Assembly: GCF_000195855.1 (NCBI RefSeq)
Contig: NC_002677.1
Location: forward strand, 2,100,001-2,132,000
Direction of reading: 5' to 3'
DNA: 32,000 bases
Origin: Mycobacterium leprae TN
GTDB taxonomy: Bacteria; Actinomycetota; Actinomycetes; Mycobacteriales; Mycobacteriaceae
In this document: in pieces, positions 12,765-22,320 of the stretch
Position numbering within the stretch: position 1 is the stretch's first letter
Layout of the letters: the number at the start of each line of letters is the position of its first letter
Translations under genes and position numbers: made by a program
Notes under the pieces: model-generated
Database searches by the model: none
What the model saw: the letters and a program-made list of their open reading frames with translations, nothing else
What the model was told of the DNA's origin: nothing

Positions 12765-13170
12765 TGCAAAGCTCGCCCGGTGCTGCTCTCCTTGGCTTTC
12801 CTATGAGGCCGCTCACGATGGGCTGACCGGGACTACCCGATCACAGACATATACTTTTCATAGTACGTGTTTCCGACACCTTGATCTGGATAAATTCAAG
12901 ATCGCTTTAAGCCAAGAGGAGATGACGCAAGCAAGGTTGGATCAACTAGCCGAAAGGATCCTTGCTGCGCTGGCTAAACCTGTACGTATCGGAAGTGCTG
13001 AGGCGGTGGTAAGCGCCAGTAACGACATCCTCGTAATTACTGAAGATTACCCATGCAATTCTAGACAGATTATACACGACACCGAAGCAAGAATTCGGCA
13101 TGTTAAATCATACGAAGGAAATATGGCTCATTATTTTACACTATCAATATCCCTGCCAAATATGCACTAA
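12765..13170 (+). pseudogene. GGDEF-domain remnant
   Basis: LSYEAAHDGLTG, HLDLDKFKI, then LAERILAALAKPVRIGSAEAVVSASNDI and IIHDTEARIRHVKSYEGN match the start and post-motif half of a diguanylate cyclase domain; the central GGDEF motif itself is absent. Confidence 0.65.
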
Positions 13171-13334
13171 ATATCGCGTTCTTATGATCAATTTTCACTT
13201 GATTTTTCCGAGCAAAATATGGGGTCATTACCAGGTTAACGGAGTGGCTCGTTCGTTACAGCTGCGGATATAGGTGGCGCCATTATATGCATTGCCAACT
13301 TAGGGACAATGAAATAAAAAAGGGGGGTGTACCT

Positions 13335-14535
13335 TTTTAGTTCTAGCCGGCCAGTGTGCGGGTCTTGTCTTCCACTGCGCAATTGACACTCTATTAGTGG
13401 CACCGGGTTAGATATAGCGGTTGCGTTTGACCGGAGAGCGCCCATCGATGACACGCTGGGCCTTAGTGACCTGGTCATTGATGCCACCCAGCGTTTTTCG
13501 GGACCGATCGTGGCGGTATTGGTAGTGGAGTGACCCGGTCGGGGATTTTACGGGCTTTTTCTGAACTCGTCGGCGACCACCGCTGGGTAATGAACCAGCC
13601 CGTCGGGGACCGCCTCTCTGGGGTGTTTGTCACACACTATTAGCGCACCACGTCAGGCGGGTGCGGAACGCTAGCACCGAAGATATAGGACAACCCGGCA
13701 GCCTGTAGGACGACCTGGTTGGCTTCGGAGATCATGCCGGCGTCAGCCCACCACGGTCACGTCGGTCAGATTGCGAGCGGTCTTAAATGCATTGAGGACC
13801 GGCACCATCGTGGTGGTCTCGGTTCGGTTGCCCTCGAACGCCGCGACATTGAGCAAAACCCGGTAGCGTCAGTGAACGCCCCAGGGTGATCTACGGGTCC
13901 AACCGGCGTTCCTTCGAAAACCCAAGCTCGCAGAAACCATCCCCCACACCTTCTCGAAGTACAAGGTTGTCACGTCGTAGAGCACCAGACTGGCTGTACT
14001 CAACTTACGCATGAGCAGCTCACGGGGTCGAACGTTGCTGCCGGAATGCAGGTTTAGCGAAGACTGGTACTGGTAGGAGTCGATTCAGTGTCCAGTAGGC
14101 CGCCGAATCAACTCCTGTCTCCTTGAACACACATAGTGTATCGACCTTGTTCGTCGGTTCGATGACGTGTACCGTATACCATGGCGCGAACTACCTCATA
14201 GCCGCCAGCGGCGGCATCGAAACCCAGCACCTCGTAGTCTTGACACAACGCCTTCCACAGGTGCGCTGGCCTGGACACCATGATCTCCAACGGGGCGCCG
14301 GACGACTCGGGACGATCCAGGCTTTGCTGACTGGCAGCCAGACATTACATTACATTGATTCGCCACAGTCTTGAGCACCTCCAACTCCACTTCTTCGTGC
14401 GCAGAACCCAGGTGCCCGCTCTTGCGTGAACCCCACCGTGGGAACCAAACAGCCTACGCAGCCGTAGCCCCCGAAGCCATCTTCACGGTGCGTCCATAAG
14501 CCACCACCGCACTCCTAAAAACCTTCAATTAGTAG
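13335..14535 (-). mobile_element. Degenerate transposase, IS1634-like (IS4 superfamily, DDE)
   Basis: Minus-strand fragments in order: RTVKMASGATAA...HLGSAHEEVELEVLK; YEVLGFDAAAGG; LMRKLSTASLVLYDVTTLYFE; ELGFSKERRLDP; LNVAAFEGNRTETTTMVPVLNAFKTARNLTDVTVVADAGMISEANQVVLQAAGLSYIFGASVPH; YQYRHDRSRKTLGGINDQVTKAQRVIDGRSPVKRNRYI. Many stops and frameshifts. Confidence 0.75.
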
Positions 14536-14659
14536 CCCAGATTCCGTCCCGCCAACGACGAAAACACCAATTCAAAAGCCTGCAGACAACCGATCACCGA
14601 AGAATGGCCAAAGTCAGGTCTGATGTGTTCGCTAGTGTTGTGTGTTGGTGATTGTTTTA

Positions 14660-14960
14660 ACGTTTGATTTTGTTGAGGGGGTGTCTGCGGTCTGGGTTCA
14701 GGTGAACGGTGTGGTGTGTTCGTTGTAGGTGGGGATCGCGGTTTCGAGGTTGTTGATATCGGTGAACGTGTTGTGGCGGGTGATGGTGGTGAAGAAGATT
14801 TTGGTTATGTGTCAGCTATGAGCAGCTTGTCGGTGTGAAGTGCAGTGTGGCTTGCTGGTTATCCTGTAGCCAGGATCGGCTGCTGGGGGTTTGTGGGTTG
14901 GCGTAGTTGTCGCAGATTGGGGAATTGCACAAAACCGTGGTCAAATACTGGCAGATCGAC
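14660..14960 (-). mobile_element. Degenerate IS630-family transposase C-terminal fragment
   Basis: Reverse complement reads CDNYANPQTPSSRSWLQDN, LHFTPTSCS, then FFTTITRHNTFTDINNLETAIPTYNEHTTPFT*TQTADTPSTKSN, which resembles the DNY..H / HFTPT.SSWLN / F..I.R..F.....L..AI..Y...NPF.WT.TAD pattern of IS630 transposases. Confidence 0.7.
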
Positions 14961-14975
14961 TAGATCCGTCCAGCG

Positions 14976-14993
14976 TTCATATATATATATGAA
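14976..14993. repeat. AT dinucleotide tract inside a perfect 18-bp palindrome
   Basis: TTCATATATATATATGAA is its own reverse complement and contains (AT)6. Confidence 0.85.
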
Positions 14994-15120
14994 ACTGCCA
15001 CCAATTCTCAACCTCACAATCCCACCCTAATGCAATCGACGATAACGGTCAGGCAGAAACTACCAAAATTCTTGATCAGCGCTTACAAACCCAAGCAAGT
15101 TTGGGGTCGGCGTTCGGGTT

Positions 15121-16992
15121 TTACGATCGGTGTATCTGGTGTTCGCTCGGCTCCGGGCTTTGACATGTGCCAAGCGCCATGGGTATCACACCTTTTGCCA
15201 GCAGAGATTCCATCGCCGCACCGTCGACGGGACGTGAGAGCAGAAAGCCCTGCGCACGGTTGCACCCTAACTCCAGCAGCACCTGCGCTGCAACGGCAGT
15301 CTCGACGCCTTCAGCGACGACTTCGAGTTCAAATTCCTTGGCTAGCGCCATGATCGCCCGCACGATCGCTAGATCACTTGCGTTGCTGCCCAGTTCGGCC
15401 ACGAAGCTCTTATCGATTTTGATGGTGTCCACCGGCAGGGATTTCAAATGGGTCAACACGCTGTAACCGGTACCGAAGTCGTCGATAGCCAGGTGCACTC
15501 CGACCTCCTTGAGTCCGGCAAGTGTCTTGCGAGTGGCATCGATGTTTTGGACCACAACATTCTCTGTGATCTCCAGACACACCATGCTGCCGTCGAGACC
15601 GAACTCGTCGAGAGTGCCAGCCACGTTGTCAACGAAACCTTCAGCAACCAACTGTACTGGCGAGACATTAATGCGCAACAGCGCATCAAGTCCCACGCCG
15701 GCTGAGCGCCATCGACTGAATTCCGCACATGCCGAGTGCATCACCATCCGGCCCAGCTTGCCTGCTAGATTAATCGATTCCGCCACTGGGATAAATGAAT
15801 CGGGAAATAGCAACCCCCGTGTCGGGTGCTGCCAGCGCACCAAGGCCTCGGTGCCCAAGACTTTGCCGGTACTCATGTCTACCTCAGGAAGGTAGTGCAG
15901 CACCAGGTCAGTATCGATCATCCCTGCTAAGTGCAGTTCAACCTCAGTTCTCAGCGTATGCTGTGCGCTGATCCCGTGGTCAAGAACCACGACCTTGCTG
16001 CCGTCGCTTTTCGCCGACAGCGCCGCGTGATCAGCCCAACGTAGCAGATCCGACGTGGTATCCCGTCCCGGAAGACCGGTGGCAACACCAATGCTGACGG
16101 TGCGGGTGAGTATTTCGCCGTCGATCACCACTTGCTTTTGAAGCCGCGTCTGCAAGCGATGGGCAAACGACTCTGCAACATCAACCGACACCGACTCAGC
16201 GGGCACTACGACAAACTCGTCTCCGCCGAAACGGGCAATAACCGTTAGGCTTTCAGCAGCCTCGCGCAGCCTATCGGCGAAGACCTCGATCAGCCGGTCG
16301 CCGGCATTGTGACCCAGGTAATCGTTGACCGCTTTGAGCCGATCGAGGCCAAGGAACAGCAACGTCACCGGGCCGCGCTGACCGTCGGCCAGCCTCTCAT
16401 CGAGGTGCGCGATCAGGGCTCGGCGATTCAGCAGCCCTGTGAGATCATCGTGTTCGGCCAGGTAACGCAATTGTTCTTCGGCAACGATGCGGGCCTGCAG
16501 CTGGGCGAAAAGAGTTGCGATCGCCTGCAGCGCGCGCAACTCATCGTCGTGCCATTCCCGGTCGCCGTACTTAACGAATCCGAGGACACCGGTGGTGATT
16601 TCTCCGGACAGCAACGGAACACACGCCAGGGAAACAGCCGGCACAGAGGCGCCCTCCTCGATGCGACGCTGATAGTCGGCATTGGCCGGCTCGGGCCGCA
16701 AAACCGCCGGTTCTTTGAGATACTCGGCCATAGCAAAAACCGGGTCGGCGTCGGCGAAATACACCACACCGATCGGGTCAGGATCAGGCACGTAGTCACG
16801 CGGCGGCCATTCCACGATCAGCTTGGTCGCGTGAATATCGTGGTTATTGTGACGAAGAAAACTCACATCGACGCCGAAGTGCTCCACCAGGATAGCCAGC
16901 ACCCCTTCGCTGATCGTGACCGCGGTGGCCGCTGTTGCAGCCATTAACTTCGAGGCCACCCTAGTGACGAGTTCGTCCAGGGACCGGGTCAT
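15121..16992 (-). CDS. GAF-GGDEF-EAL cyclic-di-GMP turnover protein (Rv1354c-like)
   Basis: 623 aa intact ORF with ATG at 16992. Contains LAEHDDLTGLLNRRAL, ARFGGDEFVVV, GTEALVRWQHP, LEITENVV, IDDFGTGYSVLTHLKSLPVDTIKIDKSFV and VVAEGVET. Confidence 0.95.
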   Translation of the reverse strand: MTRSLDELVTRVASKLMAATAATAVTISEGVLAILVEHFGVDVSFLRHNNHDIHATKLIVEWPPRDYVPDPDPIGVVYFADADPVFAMAEYLKEPAVLRPEPANADYQRRIEEGASVPAVSLACVPLLSGEITTGVLGFVKYGDREWHDDELRALQAIATLFAQLQARIVAEEQLRYLAEHDDLTGLLNRRALIAHLDERLADGQRGPVTLLFLGLDRLKAVNDYLGHNAGDRLIEVFADRLREAAESLTVIARFGGDEFVVVPAESVSVDVAESFAHRLQTRLQKQVVIDGEILTRTVSIGVATGLPGRDTTSDLLRWADHAALSAKSDGSKVVVLDHGISAQHTLRTEVELHLAGMIDTDLVLHYLPEVDMSTGKVLGTEALVRWQHPTRGLLFPDSFIPVAESINLAGKLGRMVMHSACAEFSRWRSAGVGLDALLRINVSPVQLVAEGFVDNVAGTLDEFGLDGSMVCLEITENVVVQNIDATRKTLAGLKEVGVHLAIDDFGTGYSVLTHLKSLPVDTIKIDKSFVAELGSNASDLAIVRAIMALAKEFELEVVAEGVETAVAAQVLLELGCNRAQGFLLSRPVDGAAMESLLAKGVIPMALGTCQSPEPSEHQIHRS

Positions 16993-17009
16993 GGTCTTAC
17001 CATAACCGC

Positions 17010-19139
17010 TTAGCCCGACAGCAACCGGATGCGTTCAAAACTTCGGCGGCTCCGCACCGACGCAGGCCCCGCGACAGTCAATCGCAACACCAACACGAGG
17101 GAGTTATCGGCCGGGATACGCGCCAGACTGCGGAAGTCTTTGCCCAGTTGACCCAATTCATCGGCGAACTGTGCAGATAATGCGTGTAGCTCGTCGACAC
17201 TGTGAGCGTAGAGGAACACGGGCGAAATCGGCTGTACTGCGAACCCATACCGCTGCGCAGCGACCCATATCGCCTCGACAGCCGATCCACCACGAGCGTA
17301 GTCCGCCAACGCGTGCCCGGGCACCGAGATCACGGCAAGCGCCGAACTGGCCACCACACGATCATGGGTGTCTTGACCCAGCGCGGCGCCGACGTTCCAC
17401 TGCGCAAGGAGTTCCATAACGTCCGTACGACGAAGCACGTCGAACGCAGCCAACTGATGCCAATCCATTTCGAGGCTACGCACATCAATACCAGTGTCTG
17501 GAAACGAATCTCCCGGCCAACGCAGCTCCGAGATCATCTCCTCGTGAAGCCGTGGCGTAAGATACCTCGACCGGTCGGCAGCAGCCAGAATGGTTGCAGC
17601 TCGGACGATGTCATCTCGCGCAGTTAGCAGGTGCAGCCGTGCACCTTCGGCCACCGCGGCCGCGTGCAACACATCAATCGTCTCGGTCAGAACCATTGTT
17701 GGCTTGCCATGATTGCGATTAGTTTCGCGGACCAGCATCGGCTCATAAACTGCTGCTAAGTCGGGGTTCCACCCATCACCTAAACTTAAGGTGACCCGCA
17801 GCGGCGCACCGTCAACATTTTCAGCCAGGCTTACCGGCCCGAGCACACCATGGGCAGCAGCCGCAACCCTAGCGTTGAACAACGCTGCACCCACCGCAAC
17901 GGCGCTGCCGCGGAAGCCGACGTCGAGGCTGTCAGTATGTTCTGGAGCAATTCGAATCACCAAGGCATCAGGCCCGGCGTCGATGTGCCAGGGCTGTAGG
18001 TTTCCACCCGACGGTGCGCGGATCGCAGCAGTGGCAATAACCCCCTCAATACCGGACAGTGCGAGTTCTGAACACTGCGTCGGATTCGCGGGACGATGTC
18101 GGGCCATGTCCGGCTCGGTGAGCTGATTGAGCGCCGAGGCGACGTCAATACGCGCTCGCCCCGAGCGCAACTCCTCCCCGAGACCGATTCGGCGTACCGC
18201 CTCGGCCACCGCAGTAGCTCCCAGCGCCACGTCCCCTGCCAACTGGGGCCAGGTCGACAGCGAGCGATCGATCTCGACCAACGTCGTCGCAGTGCGCGGC
18301 GACAACCGTTCGGCCTCCAGAAAGCGCAAAATATACGGAATTTTCTCGCGGTTGCTCATCTCTGGAAGCAACCGGATATCAAGCTCACCTAGCAGACCGT
18401 GCAGAATCGAACGCCGCGGCTCCAAGTCGAACCGCTCAACATCAATCAGGCCGCGGTCACTGGTCGCCATCAGTACCGGAATACCGTGGCTGCGGGCTCC
18501 CTCTCGCAGGAGAGCCTTTATGTCCAGCGAATCGCACTGCTCCACCACGACATCGAGGCCCTCCAAGAACTGATCAACGGTGTCGAACGTCAAACCATTG
18601 TCAAACACTCGCACTGTCAGATACGGGTCCAGTTCAGCGATGCGGCGCGCAGCTACCTCAGCCTTATTGAGCCCAAGATCGAACACCGTGGCAGGAACTC
18701 GGTTGAGGTTGGATAGTTCGAGGCGATCGAAATCGGCCAAGCGCAGTTGTCCGCACAGGCCCTGGGCGGCCAACGTGTGGGCGATCACATGTCCCACACT
18801 TAGCCCAGCGACGCCGATGTGTAGTCTGCCCAACGCAACTTGCTCCTCGGCGGTGATCTCGTTGCGGTTGCGGTCCAACCGTACCGCCCGAAACCCGCGC
18901 GGACCCAGCATCGATACGACCACATGCCGCCATGGGTAGTACACCCACCTACACGGTTCGGCGATCAACTGCGGATCGGGCGTGGGCAGCAAGCTAAGCA
19001 ATTCCTGCAGCTGTCGCTCATGATGGTCGACAAAGTCAACCTTGGAATCAGCCCGCAGCCGCTGCAGCACCGCAGCATCAGCGGGGTCGTCAAGGGCCAG
19101 AACCCGAGCGTACGGGCTCACATCACGCTCATCACTCAC
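17010..19139 (-). CDS. moeY: ThiF/E1-like adenylation domain fused to nitroreductase-like domain (Rv1355c / MoeY-like)
   Basis: Intact ORF (track start 19175 is a TTG; GTG at 19139 preceded by AAGGGGAG is more plausible). E1 region: HIGVAGLSVGHVIAHTLAAQG...LADFDRLELSNLNRVPA. Nitroreductase region: AAIRAPSGGNLQPWHI...GFRGSAVAVGAALFNARVAA. Confidence 0.9.
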   Translation of the reverse strand: MSDERDVSPYARVLALDDPADAAVLQRLRADSKVDFVDHHERQLQELLSLLPTPDPQLIAEPCRWVYYPWRHVVVSMLGPRGFRAVRLDRNRNEITAEEQVALGRLHIGVAGLSVGHVIAHTLAAQGLCGQLRLADFDRLELSNLNRVPATVFDLGLNKAEVAARRIAELDPYLTVRVFDNGLTFDTVDQFLEGLDVVVEQCDSLDIKALLREGARSHGIPVLMATSDRGLIDVERFDLEPRRSILHGLLGELDIRLLPEMSNREKIPYILRFLEAERLSPRTATTLVEIDRSLSTWPQLAGDVALGATAVAEAVRRIGLGEELRSGRARIDVASALNQLTEPDMARHRPANPTQCSELALSGIEGVIATAAIRAPSGGNLQPWHIDAGPDALVIRIAPEHTDSLDVGFRGSAVAVGAALFNARVAAAAHGVLGPVSLAENVDGAPLRVTLSLGDGWNPDLAAVYEPMLVRETNRNHGKPTMVLTETIDVLHAAAVAEGARLHLLTARDDIVRAATILAAADRSRYLTPRLHEEMISELRWPGDSFPDTGIDVRSLEMDWHQLAAFDVLRRTDVMELLAQWNVGAALGQDTHDRVVASSALAVISVPGHALADYARGGSAVEAIWVAAQRYGFAVQPISPVFLYAHSVDELHALSAQFADELGQLGKDFRSLARIPADNSLVLVLRLTVAGPASVRSRRSFERIRLLSG

Positions 19140-19466
19140 CCTTGCGGCTCCCCTTGGGTTGCACCCATACGCCAAGCCGACGTAGCCGGGTGCCAGTTTC
19201 GATCATCTGGCCTCCAATCGACGGCTCAGCTGGAAGGTTGCAGGTCCAAATCGAGCCGTCGACAACCACAGTAAACGTTGCCACCAGCGGGAAATTATCG
19301 GCCAGCAAGTGCACTGCAGCTCGCCGAATATAACGTAGCTAGCCCCAGAGTAGCCTCCGAGCCCGAGCCCGCAAAACGCCCCCCGATGTACACTCCGGGA
19401 CCGGCGGCGAGTTGCTGTGCAGGTTGATCACTGGCCGGCTTCGGCGGTCGCTGTGCAGATTCCACT

Positions 19467-20174
19467 CTATGTGTTCGTGTCGCGCAACAGCTCGCGCGTC
19501 TCAGCAAGCATTATTGATAGTTGTTGCGGTTCAGCATGGTTAGCTAAGGTACGGCGGTCCCACCAAATCATCTTGGTTCGGTAACGTTCATCCGGGTATG
19601 CAGCCACCGGGATTTTCGCTGCTACTACTCCCCCCGATGAACGCCACCGGTCCAGCACATGGGCTGCCGCGGTCGCCATAATGAACTGCACCCCTAACAA
19701 AGCCATGACTGTAAACGCGGGGCGCGCTAAGGCCTTGGCAATTAAACCACTCTGATGGGAGTCGCTGTCAGCCCATGCGGTCTTTACTTCCACGACCCCA
19801 AACGGCACGCGATCATTGATCATCTTGCGCACTGCGGTCAGTCCGGGATTACCTGCCCACTCAACCACGGCATGCGAATCCTCAGCTGACCCCAGCGGAC
19901 CAATCACGCGCATTCCCCCAACCACCTGTCTTTGCATGTTTACCGCAGCGAAAAATAGCCGTGTGTCATCACCCGCGTCGGGGTCTAGAGTACACTCGAC
20001 TCCATGTTTGCTGTAGGTACGAAACGCACCGTCAAGATATTCATTCCATAACTTAGGATCAAGGGTGGGCTGCGATACCACAAGCTGACATTGTGCATCG
20101 GAAGCCCAGACACTAAGGTTTTCCCGAAGGCACAACCCTTGCGGTACAACAGGATCCAATTGGGCGGTGACCAT
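19467..20174 (-). CDS. GNAT/LuxI-like (FeeM-like) acyltransferase-like protein
   Basis: 235 aa intact ORF, ATG at 20174 with GGAG four bases upstream. Fold-like pattern: LWNEYLDGAFRTYSKHG, LFFAAVNMQRQVVGGMRVIGPL, VVEVKTAWADSD, FTVMALLGVQFIMATAAAHVLDRWRSSGG. CDS call strong; family call is by pattern only. Confidence 0.75.
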   Translation of the reverse strand: MVTAQLDPVVPQGLCLRENLSVWASDAQCQLVVSQPTLDPKLWNEYLDGAFRTYSKHGVECTLDPDAGDDTRLFFAAVNMQRQVVGGMRVIGPLGSAEDSHAVVEWAGNPGLTAVRKMINDRVPFGVVEVKTAWADSDSHQSGLIAKALARPAFTVMALLGVQFIMATAAAHVLDRWRSSGGVVAAKIPVAAYPDERYRTKMIWWDRRTLANHAEPQQLSIMLAETRELLRDTNT

Positions 20175-21318
20175 TATTCTCCAATCTGTATGAATATTAG
20201 GTAGTTATGCAAAACGTCATTGCATTTGCTATTAATGGCAATAACTGGTAGAAAATTTCCTATCTTTGGCAATATCCAGCCAGTTTTTCTACAGCATGAT
20301 TTGAACTGTTATCGAGCCGTTTTAAGCACACTGCACGCAAATTTATCATTTAGCTGAATATTGCTATTTCTGCGCAGACATGTTGTCTTTCGATATCTGA
20401 ATCCACGACCATAGCGTGTAGAAAATAAAGCTAGATAATACGTGGTTACTTAACTGATCAGTAGTTCCTGACCCCGGTTAGCACTGCTATCGTCAATCAT
20501 TATTTCAACAGGTCTGCGTCGTTAGGCGCGATTCGTACAGAATTACTCGAGATAGCACATCAACCTTAAATTTGTCCTACTTGCGATATTTATCGCTCAG
20601 CACGACCAATTAATTACGGCTATCGTCGCGAGCTCCGATCTCTAACAAGCGACGCTGTTAATATTGCGAAGGTGGTCTGTGAACCCCCATCGATCACGCT
20701 CGACGAAGGTCATGGCCCGCCCTAGCCACTGGGCCTGGTGAGCCTATATATGCAGGTAACCGAGAGCCCAGATCTGAACCAAATCGGATCGAAAGCGCTT
20801 GCGGGACAAACGATAAACCCGAAGCTACAGCCAAGCCTTGGTCAGCAAAATAAACAGCGGCGACTTACAGTACCCACACCTACCGTATCAACGGGGAGAA
20901 CCGTTGTCGCTAACCGGAGAAGGTCTCAATAACGTCCTCGTCGACCTAATCTGCGAACCGTTTCACATAGTCGGCGACCTCCACGCCAAGATTTGTCGAG
21001 GTCAAGCATTATCACAACCATGCGTATACTTTCGCGAAACGAGGCAGCAAAGCGGTCCTCATCAAAGCTACCCCAAAATTTCTGTGGTTCCCCGGCGGGG
21101 AAATGCGTCCCCTCTACGCACCGCCCCGCCGGGTGTCATTTACAAACCTCAGCGATTTGCTCGCAATATCATTTGAGGTTTGTGACAGTTGATATTTGGC
21201 CTCGTCAATGAGGCCAATACAATATATGGTGGCCCTCGCTCGCCGCTACAACTAATTGACACGCGCCGCGGTTTGCTAGCTGCGAGCCACCATAGATTTG
21301 CTCTCACTATTCGACCTA

Positions 21319-22320
21319 CTACTCAGTGAAAAAATCGGCCGGTAGCGCTTTCGCAAAATGCCAGCCTTGGGCAGCGTCGCAGCCGAAATCACGCAACCTA
21401 GCAGCTTGACCGGGCGTTTCAACTCGCTTGGCGCAAACAATGATCCCAAGTTTGAAGGCAAGGTCAATCATTGCCCGGGTGATCTGTTCATCAGCCAACC
21501 GGCCACGGATATCACCACCGAGGTTCTCGATGAACTCGCCGGCGAGTTTGACCATGTCGACGGGTAAGTTGCGTAAATAAGCGAGGCTGGAAAATCCAGT
21601 ACCGAAGTCGTCGATCGCGATACCCACGCCTAACGCGGACAGCTCCTGCAGCCTGGTGATCGATGCCTCATCTATGCTCAGGCTCGCGTTCTCAGTGAGT
21701 TCGAGCCGCAACGCGTGGGCAGGCAGACCAGTTTCGCCAAGCACCCGCTCGACCATCGAGAGAAAACTGGGATCACGAATGTTGCGGGCCGAGACGTTGA
21801 CGCTGACGAACGGTCGCGGATTGGTGCTGTCGTCACGCCAGTTGCGGATATGTCGGCAGGCCTGCTCAATCACGAAGGTAGTGAGTGGTACTATCATGCC
21901 GTTTCGCTCGGCAAGGCTGATGAATCGCGCTGGGAGTAGGGTACCCAGCGTCGGATGCGCCCAACGCAGTAACGCCTCGACGCCGATGAAGCGTTTGTCA
22001 TTAAGCCGGACAATCGGCTGGTAGACGAGGAAAAATTCTCCGCGATCCAGTGCAGCAGGAATCACCTGCAACAGACCATCGTGGACGCTCCGCTGCTCGC
22101 GATCGTGATGGCCGTAAAACCATCCACTACTTCGGTCTTTTACCTCGCCACTGCCGCGCGAATCGGCTGACCTGTCACTACACCCATCCGGCAGCGAACT
22201 GCTCCGCATAGCACCCTCGATAGGCAATGTCGACAGGCATTCAATGTCGACGTACCGCAGGGCATCCGCAGATACGCCACCCGAATCGTCGCAACCCGCA
22301 ATTTCCGATGCTGACATCAC
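21319..22320 (-). CDS. Stand-alone EAL-domain protein (Rv1357c-like)
   Basis: 333 aa intact ORF; ALDRGEFFLVYQPIVRL, GVEALLRWAHPTLGTLLPARFI, LELTENASL, IDDFGTGFSSLAYLRNLPVDMVKL, AKRVETPGQAARLRDFGCDAAQGWHFAKAL. Confidence 0.93.
   Translation of the reverse strand: MMSASEIAGCDDSGGVSADALRYVDIECLSTLPIEGAMRSSSLPDGCSDRSADSRGSGEVKDRSSGWFYGHHDREQRSVHDGLLQVIPAALDRGEFFLVYQPIVRLNDKRFIGVEALLRWAHPTLGTLLPARFISLAERNGMIVPLTTFVIEQACRHIRNWRDDSTNPRPFVSVNVSARNIRDPSFLSMVERVLGETGLPAHALRLELTENASLSIDEASITRLQELSALGVGIAIDDFGTGFSSLAYLRNLPVDMVKLAGEFIENLGGDIRGRLADEQITRAMIDLAFKLGIIVCAKRVETPGQAARLRDFGCDAAQGWHFAKALPADFFTE

Noticed and set aside
14670-14800. G/T-rich stretch considered as an unusual noncoding or G-quadruplex element
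   Set aside because: Explained by the reverse strand encoding the IS630-like transposase C-terminus.
16309-16947. Plus-strand ORF of 212 aa
   Set aside because: Entirely antisense to the clear GGDEF-EAL gene; a shadow ORF of GC-rich coding sequence.
18127-18573. Plus-strand ORF of 148 aa, plus neighbouring plus ORFs from 17202 to 19274
   Set aside because: Antisense to the E1-nitroreductase gene; no independent domain motif or RBS evidence.
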